Shown: positions 25,291-37,734, counted from the first letter of the stretch. The stretch is 64,000 nt of DNA from Neoechinorhynchus agilis (GCA_051530055.1 CM121341.1:7170784-7234783), one strand, 5' to 3'. Translations and numbers: made by a program. Notes: generated by a model from the sequence alone, not told the origin.

Positions 25291-26152
25291 AATCTGAAAT
25301 TAAAGACTATAATCGTTTTTAATTTAAAAACACAAATCATTTATTTGAAATTTCAACGACTATTCTTATTAATCGACAAAAAATCCTTTAAAGATACTCT
25401 TTATTCAATTGTCTTTGCAGCACTTGCTGAACTGCATTCAGAATAAATACATTTTTTTGAATTAGCTAAGGATTCGAATCTTTATAGCCGTTTTATTCAC
25501 TTTATTGCGGAATTGATTCTTTTTTTTCTAATTTGACTATCAATGCATGCAATAGAAAAAACGTACACGGCATAAAAATATACTCTATATAGAACTGCAA
25601 TTGATTATTTATTAAATATTTCGATCCCCTATCTTGGATCTTCTTCAGAATTGTTTGCAAGTGTTTACGACGATAGATCGTGTCAGTCGGAAACACTTGC
25701 AAACAATTATGAAGAAGATGCAAGATAGGGTGAATTTAATAAATAATCAATTGAAGTTCTCCAAAACAACCAACAAACTATGAATCATATTTTCAATATA
25801 CTCCATATATCCGGACTTCTTTGAAAAAATAACAAAAAGTAGCCATATTTAGCCGTTACCTTATTGTTCCAAGCAACGTCAATAATAAAAAAAGGCCTCT
25901 CCTCACATTTGAAACTTATAAGCAATACTTGAGAAGGAAGCTTAGGCTTTGAAAATTCGCAATGAAGAGTTCAATAAAGCTCGAGTGGGAGAACAATTCA
26001 CCATTGAGAATACACGTCGACTAGAAGGAACAATTGGATCGAATAAAAAAGTGTCACACGAGTATATCGCTAACTAAACTTTAATGAGGAGACTAAATTC
26101 ATTAGTTCGGAATGGGTAACAACACGTTTTATTTTGTTTAAGAAGAGGATCC

Positions 26153-26461
26153 ATGTACCTCTGGATCCTCGTGATCATTTTAGAGTGGATGACTGATCCG
26201 GAATGGATGACGGATCCGAAGTGGATGACGGATCCGGTTTGGGTGACTGATCCGAAGTGGATGACTGATCCGGGGTGGATGACTGGTTCGGACTGGATGA
26301 CGGATCCGGAGTGGATGACGGATACAGAGTGGATGTTGGATCCAGGGTGGATTACGGATCCTGAATGGATGACTGATCCGGTTTGGATGACTGATCCGAA
26401 GTGGATGACTGATCCGGAATGGATGACAGATCCAGAGGATGGCGGTCCTAAAATTGCTTAA
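26153..26461 (+). CDS. Orphan repeat protein MYLWILVIILE-(WMTDPx)14-DGGPKIA encoded by an 18-bp minisatellite
   Basis: 14 copies of an 18-bp unit (~26183-26437). Variation concentrates at Thr, Pro and Glu third positions, the Trp codon is invariant, and the N-terminus is hydrophobic. Confidence 0.5.
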   Translation: MYLWILVIILEWMTDPEWMTDPKWMTDPVWVTDPKWMTDPGWMTGSDWMTDPEWMTDTEWMLDPGWITDPEWMTDPVWMTDPKWMTDPEWMTDPEDGGPKIA

Positions 26462-27149
26462 CCCAATTTGTTTTTATTAATATCGACTAAAGTCATCTCA
26501 TTACTGTGCCGGACAAATCGAGCACTGCTCTTTAGTTTGTAACTGATCGGAGTTGCTCGAAATTCCTTATTTAAAGTATATTTTGAAAAATTTAGATGTT
26601 TTAGGAACTTTTCACGGCACGATAATGATCAGGACGCAATTGTGGCTTTGCTAATCGGTTTAAAAGCGATTCATCACCATTGAACTCATTGAGAACATCG
26701 ATATTTTTTATTTGTGTTATGAGCAACTGATACAAGGCTATAGGTAAACCATTGAGATTAAAAAAAAGTAATTTAATAATCTCGTCTTTTAGCCGTTGAA
26801 ATTAGACGAGTGGACATTTACTGATCGAAAAATAAACTCTAAAATGCTTTAATAAAACATCGCGTTTCTGAACTCAGAAATTCTGTATGCCATACAAGCA
26901 AAAATGCATAAGAATGAATGCCGATAATTTAAAATGAATGCAGTCTGCCACGAAAACGAACATAACGCCGGGATAACATCTCGGGCGATAGTGTCTACCT
27001 TTTTTTCACTTTCTCGGATCATTCTAAGATGGGGATATACTAAAGGATGGTAAAGATTCAATAGAAAAACTGCGCATTGCGATCTCAAAATATCTTCAGT
27101 ATTCTCATGTTTGAAAAAGAAAGTCTCAGAGGGTTTGTAAGTCCAGTTA

Positions 27150-27900
27150 CTCCTGTGAATCGCTTCTTCGGCAAAGGAATTAATTTGCTCATTGTGGACT
27201 GATTAATTTATTCAAAATTCCATTATTAAGATTTAAAGAGAACGCCTTATTTTAAGTTCCATTTTAAACGGCAACTTCACCAACATATTACTAAATCGAT
27301 TGAGAATTCGGCATTTATCCCCAATTTAAACAATTTTAATATAATTATCCGTGCAGATTCTATCTGTCTTGGATTTAGTGATAATAAATGTCACATTGAA
27401 CGTCGGCATGAACCTCTTAAGATCAATCTTAAAGATAGGCTAGACGATTAAAGACCTTTATCCAGAATTTAACATTCGTGACTGATTCCACCATTATGAC
27501 TTCGTGACTTTTCAGGAAAATCTCATGGATTGCGACGTTTTTATGTGATTTGGAAGCTAATGTTTCTAGGGAACGCCGTCTCTAAAACTGTCATTTGGGA
27601 TGAAGCTAATGAGATGGGACATATGATCTTTATGTTTTTTGGCAGTGTTTGATATTTATCAGCTTCCATAAAAAGACCTTCCTATGCTTCAATCTTGATG
27701 ATCCCTCGTAGAAAAGAAGCGATAACATCCGTTGAAAAAAGGTCTTTTTGATGGTACCAGATTTTAAGAAACAAAAAAAATCGAGTTCAATTCGAACAAA
27801 ATTCAAATCTTGCTTTTCAGGGAAATTCATCAAAAGCGGACTTTTACTTTTATGAACATCTAATAATTTGCATTCAGTGAAATCAGGAAGGCGGCGTCTC
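27150..27900 (+). pseudogene. Degenerate leucine-rich-repeat gene remnant
   Basis: LRR-like pieces across frames (SIENSAF, DLPMLQS, ITSVEKRSF, KKIEFNSNKIQIL, SNNLHSVKSG) broken by stops and frameshifts. Confidence 0.35.
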
Positions 27901-28539
27901 ATACGCATGATTAAATTTTGAAGATATGAAAAAAGATTCCGCTTCAAAAAGTGATTTTTTTAAAGAAGTTTCTCGATGTATAGTGAAACATTCGCATTAA
28001 CTGTGTATATTTATCGATTTTGTTTGCTCAGATTTAAAATCTTTTCCCATTCTAGTTGAGACGAATTAGAGACAAAACTTGTAAAATCACGATTTGCCCT
28101 TCATAAAATCTTAAAGAACGTGGACGACTGCGATGCAATCTCTATAATCAAAAATCTGATTTGCGGGAATTAAAGGGAGCTTGAAGTATGTGGAATGCTG
28201 CTTTGAAGCAATTGTTTCTAGGAGGAAAACGATTTTTTCGGTAAATTGCTTCCTGTTATGATATTACAAATAACGAGATAGTACCAAGAATAGTTTATAT
28301 TAAAAGAAGGCTGCATTCCTTTGGTATTTGTGCATCTATTCTTCAATCGTCGATACCAAGTCGACGTTCTAATTCTGATGATGTCGGGCCTATAAATCAT
28401 AAATAAACGGAAACTTTGTGGCGTTTAATTATTTCCATGTCCAAAAAATCGCATTAATCCTGAAATGTATCCGGTTTTAATCAAAACAGCGTTTTTGTTT
28501 ATGAATTTAAGACAATTTATTGAGCGGTTTCGTACATTT

Positions 28540-29655
28540 TAAACATCTCGACGTGAGTTCATAAAATAATCAAAATATCCTGATTAGAAAGTGACTTTTA
28601 AACCAGATGAAGAAATAAGAGGCTCAATTTTTCTAAAAGAAGAAACCGCACTTTTTTTGAAAACTTTTTATCGAGCCGTTTCGTGTTTTTTAAACATCTC
28701 GACGTGAGTTCATAAATCAATCAAAATATCCTGATTAGAAAGTGACTTTTAAACCAGATGAAGAAATAAGAGGCTCAATTTTTTTAAAGAAGAACCCGCA
28801 CTTTTTTGGGAACTTTTTATCGAGCTGTTTCGTATTTTTTAAACATCTCGACGTGAGTTCATAAATCAATCAAAATATCTCGATTAGAAAGTGACTTTTA
28901 AACCAGATGAAGAAATAAGAGGCTCAATTTTTTTAAAGAAGAAACCGCACTTTTTTGGAAACTTTTTATCGAGCCGTTTCGTACTTTTTAAACATCTCGA
29001 CGTTATTTCATAAATCAAAATATCTCGATTAGAAAGTGACTTTTAAACCAGATGAAGAAATAGGAGGCTCAATTTTCTAAAAGAAGAAACGCACTTTTTT
29101 GAAAACTTTTTATCGAGTTGTTTCGTACATTTTAAACATCTCGACGTGAGTTCATAAATCAATCAAAATATCCTGATTAGAAAGTGACTTTTAAACCAGA
29201 TGAAGAAATAAGAGGCTCAATTTTTTTAAAGAAGAAACCGCACTTTTTTGGAAACTTTTTATCGAGCCGTTTCGCACCCATTAAACATCTCGACGTGAGT
29301 TCATAAATCAATCAAAATATCTCGATTAGAAAGTGACTTTTAAACCAGATGAAGAAATAAGAGGCTCAATTTTTTTAAAGAAGAAACCGCACTTTTTTTG
29401 GGAACTTTTTATCGAGTTGTTTCGTACATTTTAAACATCTCGACGTGAGTTCATAAATCAATCAAAATATCTCGATTAGAAAGTAGCTATTAAACCAGAT
29501 GAAGAAATAAGAGGCTCAATTTTTTTAAAGAAGAAACCGCACTTTTTTTGAAAACTTTTTATCGAGCCGTTTCGCACCCATTAGACATCTCGACGTTATT
29601 TCATAAATCAAAATATCTCGATTGGAAAGTGACTTTTAAACCCGATGAAGAAAGA
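28540..29655. repeat. Tandem satellite, ~7.5 units of ~149 bp
   Basis: A(A/G)ACATCTCGACG recurs at ~28541, 28692, 28841, 28990, 29134, 29283, 29433 and 29583. Confidence 0.95.
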
Positions 29656-30645
29656 GTATTTTTATTAAAGAAATAATGTACTCGTTAGCATCTAAGACCG
29701 TCTTTGCCTGGACGGCGCCCGCATTAATAAACAATGACCGAGTGTTATGACTACGGATTTCCACCTTCTTTAAGCTGTCTGTACGTTGTACGGCCCCGTT
29801 GGAACCGAAGGATAATGGCCAGCATGAACAAATGAATTTTGATATTCTATTTGTCGAAACTTAACCCAAGAGGTTGTGACCGATGATAAAGGAGACGGGA
29901 GCATGCAAACAAAAACGTTCTGTGTGTTTATGCAGACAAAGTAGTAGTCGTATTCATATTGATTGTACCGATCCGGTTGCTCGTCAATGGGTTACGCGGG
30001 TTTGTTTGCACTGGAAAAAATAGCGATAGTAGTGGAAAAAAAGACTCGGTAAATTAAACTGGCTGGTAAGGTAGATAATAAATTTTTGTCTGCGCAAAGG
30101 ATTGTCTTTTTATTTGTTGATCTACAGACGAATGGAGGAACTGTTTTTAGTTGTACATATAAGAAACGGGTGATCGGGTGTATCGGCGGCATATTGACGG
30201 GAAAATAATGCTCGATAGGTATGGCTCCGAAATGCCAGGTCGGATTGCGTGGGAATTAATAATAGCGAAGACGAATGGATATATGACATTTTGTCTATCA
30301 TCAAGGAGAGAATTCGGGAACCTTATTAATGAAATGTTTCTGTAGATTTGATTCGTAAATGTCAATATGTGAACTACCGGCTTCTAATTTCATTTTGTAT
30401 TTTTCTAAAAGATTGATCGGAATATTTCTTTTTTTAGGCTGTTGAGGGCTTACTTTAGCGGTTGTTTTTTTTTCGAAATAAAGGCAAAATAGGAATCGAC
30501 AATGGATATTACATTTTACATAAAAAATATTGGAACTCTCAAATTTTATTGGCTTACCTTCTATTTGCAATTATATAAAAAAATCAATATTAATGTTGAA
30601 TTTGGAAGTGTGTTTGTAAAAAAAAGGACATTCCAGCTGCTTTAG

Positions 30646-31923
30646 ATGCTATTCAACAGACTTAAAAAACGATTGAGTGAGCCTCTAACAATATCCGAAC
30701 CAAGTAACTTTGTGCATCGACAGCACGTGGATTACGACCCAATCCGGCGTACTTACATAAATCTTCCTAATCAATGGCTCGGTATAATCGCACTTGAGCC
30801 GCCGTCCCCATCAAATTCAACTCCGCCACCTCCTCCATCATCCATATCGTCCACTAAAGGTTACGAAGAGAACGAGGAACCGATAAAACCACTTGATCGA
30901 GAGACAATCCTCGCAATCAAAGAAGTGTTTCAATCATGTAGATCAAAAACGAAGCCACTTAATAGTTGCGCAACTGTTGCACGAGCAAGCAGTGATTGTC
31001 GTAATGGATCCGGCTTACAGATTCCTCAACAATGTAACCAATTTGTCCGAGCTCTTGAAGATATAACCACAGTTCTCAATGACCCCGCGGGCATTTTTAT
31101 GGACGTTGAAAAAATCGCTCAAGGCTCAACTTCCGGTGTTTTACGAGCAAAGACAACTTACGGACGACGAGTAGCCATTAAATGTATGGACGTGTTCAAG
31201 CAGCGGAGACGTGAACTAGTTTTGAACGAAGCATTTGTAAGTCGTTTTTTGAAACATACATGCATTGTTGAGACGGTTGATGTGTTTTTATTAGACCGTC
31301 GTCATATGTGGATATGCATGGAGTATATGGACGCCGGTCCACTCACCCATCTCGTTACTTGTCAAAGGATGACAGTTGAACAAATCGCAGCGGTTTGTCG
31401 ATCCGTTCTCAAGGCATTGGACTACATGCATTCTCACGGAATAGTTCATCGAGATATAAAATCTGATTCGGTGTTATTGTCTACTTCGGGAAAGGTAAAG
31501 CTATCCGATTTCGGATTCTCCACTCGTCTTGGTGGTGGCACGAGTGCTCTTCGTCGAACTCGATCTCTTGTTGGAACACCATATTGGATGAGTCCTGAGG
31601 TTATTAATAGAATTCCCTATGGAACCAAAGTAGATATTTGGTCGTTTGGTATTATGGTAATTGAAATGATCGATGGAGAACCTCCTTACTTCAATGAAAC
31701 TCCGTTCAACGCCATGAAGTATATTTCGCTCTTCCCGTCACCAGCTCCAAGCAAATGCGATTGCCCACAATCACTTCTTAGCTTTATCAACAAATGCTTA
31801 AACAAGTCACCGGACGTCAGATCGACCGCGGCTGGGCTTCTTAGTGATCCATTCATCGCTCAAAATCGATGTGATACCGATTGCATTATGCCACTTTTGT
31901 ACAGAGCTTGCGCGTTGGTGTGA
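30646..31923 (+). CDS. Group II p21-activated kinase (PAK4/mbt-like), intronless
   Basis: N-terminal CRIB (ISEPSNFVHRQHV.YD); kinase with QGSTSGV, VAIKCMD..KQRRRELVLNE, HRDIKSDSVLL, DFGF, RSLVGTPYWMSPE, GEPPYFNE. Confidence 0.93.
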   Translation: MLFNRLKKRLSEPLTISEPSNFVHRQHVDYDPIRRTYINLPNQWLGIIALEPPSPSNSTPPPPPSSISSTKGYEENEEPIKPLDRETILAIKEVFQSCRSKTKPLNSCATVARASSDCRNGSGLQIPQQCNQFVRALEDITTVLNDPAGIFMDVEKIAQGSTSGVLRAKTTYGRRVAIKCMDVFKQRRRELVLNEAFVSRFLKHTCIVETVDVFLLDRRHMWICMEYMDAGPLTHLVTCQRMTVEQIAAVCRSVLKALDYMHSHGIVHRDIKSDSVLLSTSGKVKLSDFGFSTRLGGGTSALRRTRSLVGTPYWMSPEVINRIPYGTKVDIWSFGIMVIEMIDGEPPYFNETPFNAMKYISLFPSPAPSKCDCPQSLLSFINKCLNKSPDVRSTAAGLLSDPFIAQNRCDTDCIMPLLYRACALV

Positions 31924-32119
31924 TCTCTTTCATTACAAAAACAAACATTTAACCAAGACTTTGTAAAATTTTGAAAAGTGTTTAATAAACTAATTCTAGG
32001 TGTGACCATCACCGTGGTTTTTTAAAAACGAAAAAGCATGGATTCTTTAGTGAGTAAGCGAAGATAAACAAGCTATTTTGGTGTTGCACGATTAAAATTA
32101 TTCTCATACTTGTTTAGAG

Positions 32120-32215
32120 CCGAAAATTTAAAGGAATTTCTATTAAATCCGATTGTTTTCGGCAACTAACAACCCAAATAAAGTCATGAGATTGCACGAC
32201 GAAATATCGATTTTT
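32120..32215. repeat. Inverted pair of the ~72-bp mini-element
   Basis: Truncated + copy joined to a - copy reading CGATATTTC-GTCGTG-CAATCT-CATGAC-TTTATT. Confidence 0.5.
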
Positions 32216-32420
32216 TGCGCTGCTCGCAATAAAATCTTCTTAAGCGCATTGTGGTTTTTCCAAAGGGAGAAATCTTCCTCTTATTTTATGCTAACTTTTA
32301 AAAATAATGCCCAGTGTTTCTTAATGATAAAAAAAGTCTTAAAAAAGGTGAAGGAACTCGATTACAATACAATTTATTTCGAATTTCTGTAAACTTTAAG
32401 CTCATGTGATCGTTTGTCAG

Positions 32421-34227
32421 TCAAACGAGCAACGATTCCTTTTTGCCTGGCCAGGCTTCTTTTAAGTACTTCTTTTTCCTCGGGCTCTCATCATCAGCAC
32501 TCGGAACTTTTTCATTTTCAGTGGGCAGCCGTCCGCACTTTGGATTATCATCGAAATCAGGAGCTGGATTAGGTGCGTTAATATTCAGCTTGGCAGCAAC
32601 AGGAAATTGCGATAAAACTGAAGTTCTTGAAGACGCAATTGGAGTTTGTTGAGATTGACGAATGAATTGAGTCTTAAGGCAAGAAAGTGGTCGATCTTGG
32701 ATCACTGTTGGTTTCTTCTTTTTTGCAATAATAGAAGTCTCCACTAGATTTCTATACCTTCCAATGCTCGGATCTGCCTCTTCTACATTGATGATTTCAT
32801 CTTCTCCGAGAAAAGATACCGATTTGTACGAGCGTTTCCGATTAACCGAACCTTCTAGACTGCCTTTGATACGGTCGGCGGTACGATAACTGGAGAATAT
32901 TCTACGATTTTGAGCGGTGTTGAATTCGGTCAAATTGTCAATTTCGGCTTCGGTCAAAACATGTTCATTGGTTTGAGTGTTCAAGACACCTTTTTGGCTA
33001 GCACGAAAGCGTGATTTAAGTTCATGTTTTGGTTTGTTGCGGATTACATAAAATCGGGTGGACGCTCCGAAATGGAAAGGACGGTCCAATTCTAGTTGTA
33101 GAGGTCGATGACTTTCCATTCTTATTTTTCCAATGAAAGTACCATGGGCTACATTATCGGGAATCATCGATAGAGAGAAAATTCTTCGGATTAATCAAAG
33201 TTTATACTTTTTGGTGAAAATAACCCCCCGGCCACACAAAGATATTTGATTTATTGGGGAAATATTTCGTTTTTTCTTTAATTTGACAAATACGACCTAA
33301 AGTTTATTTATTTGCCTAGATTTCGCCGCATTACGGCTTCAACTGAGCAATTGCTTTAAAAACTTACAATCAATTGCCCAGTTGAAGAAGTAATACGGCG
33401 AAATCTAGGCAAATAAATAAACTTTAGGTCGTACAAATGTAAAATTAAATTAAAATTAAATTAAGACATTATGAAATATTTAGAAAGCTTTTAAATATGT
33501 GATATGGCCGGGGGATTATTTTCACCAAAAGTTGACTAATTTATTGAAAGAAAATTCTTCGGATTAATCAAAGTTTATACTTTTTGGTGAAAATAACCCC
33601 CCGGCCACACAAAGATATTTGATTTATTGGGGAAATATTTCGTTTTTTCTTTAATTTGACAAATACGACCTAAAGTTTATTTATTTGCCTAGATTTCGCC
33701 GCATTACGGCTTCAACTGAGCAATTGCTTTAAAAACTTACAATCAATTGCCCAGTTGAAGAAGTAATACGGCGAAATCTAGGCAAATAAATAAACTTTAG
33801 GTCGTACAAATGTAAAATTAAAATTAAATTATGACATAAAAGTATAATTATCGGGAATTGTAGAATATAATTACTGAAAGACTAACTTGATCCAAGGTCA
33901 ACTAAAAAAGCTCTGTCCAATGTTTTATGCCATAATATGGCTGCGTGTACTCGAGAACCCGACGAATGGTCAATGTGGACATCGCAGATATCGGCGTTCC
34001 GTCCGAATAAATAACATCCTTTTTCGTCCATTATGAATTTCTAAATGGATTTTCATTTAAAAAATGGAATAGAAAATCTCAGTACCCGAACGAGCTTATC
34101 TTCTTTCATGATATCTAAGTGAGTTCCATCAGGAGGCTTACCGATCCTAAGCGAAAACTTTAAGCCAAGAAAATCTCACGACTCACCAATTGGGGATCTC
34201 GAAGTCATTGAACACTTGGCCAATCAT
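32421..34227 (-). CDS. PPP1R8: Nuclear inhibitor of PP1 (NIPP1), 4 exons, ~327 aa
   Basis: Exons 34187-34227, 34086-34146, 33887-34040, 32421-33148; GT-AG introns of 40, 45 and 738 nt. FHA domain (YLFGRN...DHSSGSRVHAA...LVDLGSTHGTF), NLTEFNTAQNRRI, RVxF-like SVSF, IINVEEADPSIGRYRNLV, KKKYLKEAWPGKK. Confidence 0.93.
33178..33830. mobile_element. Tandemly duplicated nested foldback element (~373-bp unit) inside NIPP1 intron 3
   Basis: Outer inverted repeat TTTTGGTGAAAATAACCCCCCGGCCA / TGGCCGGGGATTATTTTCACCAAAA; inner ~38-nt inverted repeat TACGACCTAAAGTTTATTTATTTGCCTAGATTTCGCCG; a second, truncated unit starts at 33551. Confidence 0.85.
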
Positions 34228-34460
34228 TCTTCAAATATCTTGGCTTTTGGAGTTTGGTTAACACGCCAATGTTTACGTAGTGAGTGCGGAAGGAATTCGT
34301 GAGAGTTGGGGAAATAACGTGAGACGATCCCGTTATGAGATACCAATCAATCACATGATCGGAAATTGTTCTGTTTTTCCATAAAGTAAATCGATACGGC
34401 TCAAAAAACATTTTTTTATAATCGTTTTCTTTTATGCGGAAATATGATTTTTTCCGGGTG

Positions 34461-35373
34461 ATCAATAATCCCGGATATCCAAATTGAGTTGTTTTCGCCT
34501 AATCTAAGGCGTTTGTTTTAATAATTAACAATAACTGAAGAGGCGAGGTTTTCTCTCCTGAAATCTCTCAATTCAATGAAACGTCTTTTATCCGAGGGGG
34601 ATTGTGATCACTGCGTCTCATGAATTCTGTCATCCCGAAGGATTTTCTATCAATAATCCCGGATATCCAAATTGAGTTGTTTTCGCCCAATCTAAGGCGT
34701 TTGTTTTAATAATTAACAATAACTGACGAGGCGAGGTTTTCTCTTCTGAAATCTCTCAATTCAATAAAACGTCTTTTATCCGGGGGGAGGATTATGATCA
34801 CTGCGTCTCATGAACTCTATCATCCCGAAGGATTTTCTATCAATAATCCCGGATATCCAAATTGAGTTGTTTTCGCCCAATCTAAGGCGTTTGTTTTAAT
34901 AATTAACAATAACTGACGAGGCGAGGTTTTCTCTCCTGAAATCTCTCAATTCAATGAAACGTCTTATCCGGGAGTGAGATTGTGATCACTGCGTCTCATG
35001 AATTCTGTCATCCCGAAGGATTTTCTATCAATAATCCCGGATATCCAAATTGAGTTGTTTTCGCCCAATCTAAGGCGTTTGTTTTAATAATTAACAATAA
35101 CTGACGAGGCGAGGTTTTCTCTCCTGAAATCTCTCAATTCAATGAAACGTCTTATCCGGGAGTGAGATTGTGATCACTGCGTCTCATGAACTCTGTCATC
35201 CCGAAGGATTTTCTATCAATAATCCCGGATATCCAAATTGAGTTGTTTTCGCCTAATCTAAGGCGTTTGTTTTAATAATTAACAATAACTGAAGAGGCGA
35301 GGTTTTCTCTCCTGAAATCTCTCAATTCAATGAAACGTCTTTTATCCGAGGGGGATTGTGATCACTACGTCTC
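34461..35373. repeat. Tandem satellite, ~5 units of ~188 bp
   Basis: ATCAATAATCCCGGATATCC recurs at ~34461, 34649, 34839, 35027 and 35215. Confidence 0.95.
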
Positions 35374-35557
35374 AAAATGTGATTTTATTTATATTGACTT
35401 TCTGGATTATCACAAGCGCCCATGGAGTCCCGTGTCGGAAATAGAAGTGTTTGATGAAATTAAGCACGAATTTAATAAAGTTTAAAATTTAAAAATATGT
35501 TCATTTGCTAAACTATTTGTTTCTTTTTACGATCAAGAAACTATTTAATATTACAAT

Positions 35558-36460
35558 TTATGCTGAGAATACAAAATCCGAACTCCGAATTCCATCTCCA
35601 ATATAGAGCGATCCAAACCGATTTTGATCGTTAAACGAATAAAACATGTATCCAATCCACCTCACACTTCTAACAACTACAAGCCTTGTAAATGGAAACT
35701 TCTTGATTTTCCACGTTTCGCTGAACTCATCATTTTCTAGCGTTCTGAGAAAATCAATTGATGGTACTGAGACCAGATCTTCGCAAACGTTCACTAAGGC
35801 AGCCTTGTTCAGATGTAGATATGATCTAAGATATTTAGATTGATCATCTCTAAGGCCGAGAAAGTACTTATTCCTAAAGACTCGATCATCTGGGTCCCGA
35901 ACAAATGATCCACGTGGCACTAAACTCGTATCTTTTTCTATATTCATGACAACAATACCTAATCTTTCCTTCTCCTTTATAGTCAGCATTTCTATATGAA
36001 AATATTTTTCGAAAGTCTGTAGTGTTAGACCGCTGAAATCATCGGTTTTTGCTTTCACATTCACCAGAACCACGTCATTATCCGGATCACCAGTAAATCT
36101 TTCTTTACACAGCAAACAAAGCTCATCTATATCTTGGTCAATGAATTTGATCGGATTCCAATTTTCAAAATCAGTACTAATGGGAAAAGATTATTAGCTA
36201 CGCTTATCTAAAACTATTTCCTCGAACCTAAAGAAGTATTCCCGGTCATTGATCTCGCAGTTGTCGATCTCAATTATGATATGGTAGTCTTTGTCAATGC
36301 CTCTTATTTTCCCCCAATATTCTACCCTTTTTAAGTTCATTTTCAGCTTAACAGCATGAACTGCCGTCACGAGCGAAATCAGCTCGCGTGTCCCTAGAGG
36401 AATCGATGCTAATCGAAGAGCGTTTTTCTCTAGTAGAATATCTTCAATTGGAATTGGCAT
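35558..36460 (-). CDS. RSPH9: Radial spoke head protein 9, 2 exons, ~283 aa
   Basis: Exons 36228-36460 and 35558-36176 with a 51-nt GT-AG intron. VEYWGKIRGIDKDYHI, RFTGDP, IKEKERL..VV..I, VPRGSF, FLGL, VRSVRWIGYMFY, FGSLYIGDG. Confidence 0.87.
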
Positions 36461-36572
36461 AGGTTTTGAGTGATTGGTACTATCCAATCAAATATCGGTA
36501 GTCATGGAAATTTGGGTATTTTGTTCATTATAAAGATTATATTTTTGTAATGCTTTCCATAAATATTTGTAG

Positions 36573-36857
36573 ATGACAACTACGACATCTAATTCAAGCG
36601 AAGTGAAGATCACGTTTCGCATAACTCTTACTTCGGATCCTAAGCAGCCGTTTAAGGTTATCAAAGTGCCGGAAAATACGCCAGTTCCTGCAATCATTAG
36701 ATTTGTCGCTGAAGCATTCGATGTTAATCCGGAGACTTCTGCAATTATTGCCAATGATGGAACAGGTATAAATCCTAACCAAACAGCAGGAAATGTTTTC
36801 TTAAAACATGGAACCGAGCTAAGGCTTATTCCTAGGGATAGAGTTGGCAGACAGTAA
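36573..36857 (+). CDS. UFM1: Ubiquitin-fold modifier 1, intronless
   Basis: [30 protein letters not shown]...[34 protein letters not shown]. Confidence 0.97.
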   Translation: MTTTTSNSSEVKITFRITLTSDPKQPFKVIKVPENTPVPAIIRFVAEAFDVNPETSAIIANDGTGINPNQTAGNVFLKHGTELRLIPRDRVGRQ

Positions 36858-37734
36858 GGAATTTCATGGTATAAACTTATTCTTTGGGTTAATTGATGAT
36901 CAGCGCCTCGGGTCGCAATAATCTAAAATGCAAATCGTTGCTTATTGTTTTAAACATTTTAAAGGCTTTCAAATGCACGTCTTTCCACATTATCGTACTT
37001 TGCTTGTTACATAACCATGCAGCACATTTAAATAGAAGTTCCTTTTAAGAATTAAATCAATCTCATTTTATTGAATGTGTTAAATTCGCTTTTTATTTTC
37101 CAGCCATGTACATAAATGTTTAAAAAAATTAATTTCAATAAAATCAATTTCGTTTAAGCGTAGATTGTCGCTTTTTCAATACGAAATTCGCACTTTAACG
37201 CCAAGGATTAATTTTATGACAGTCGAAATCAAATGTTTGCTTTAATTGAGGATTGCATTCGGGTGTGGTTAAATACGTTGTTATTTAGATCGCTTATCTG
37301 CGCTTTTTTTGATTGGCCGTAATTTTTATATTTTTTCTTTAAAAATTTAAAGCGTTCGATAACATGTTTCCAAGACCATTCTGGAGAATTTTAAAATGCA
37401 ATCTACAACACTTTTGAGCTTTAAAAATAATCAATGTTCATTGCGACACTGTATAAAAATTGGATGTTTGTTTAATGACGCTTCAAAAATTTGGAATTTC
37501 AATTTTAGTCTACAAGGAATTCAACGAATTATTATTAACCAAAATAATCAGCGCTTATCTGTTCTGATTCTCGATGGGTTTTAAATGTTAAAATTCATAC
37601 TAAGATCAGTTAAGAGCATCTTGTCGTATTTGCTTTACAAAACTTTAAAAGTTAGTTAAATTAGAGTGCATACATCATTCAAAAAGAGTTTTGACATTTT
37701 AAATCCATCGAGAATAAGAACAGATAAACGATAG

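Noticed and set aside
29690-30570. Coding-looking stretch with short ORFs on both strands
   Set aside because: No consistent frame, splice path or family motif could be established.
28540-35373. 149-bp and 188-bp arrays as CRISPR arrays
   Set aside because: Whole units repeat with no unique spacers, there are no cas genes, and the context is eukaryotic.
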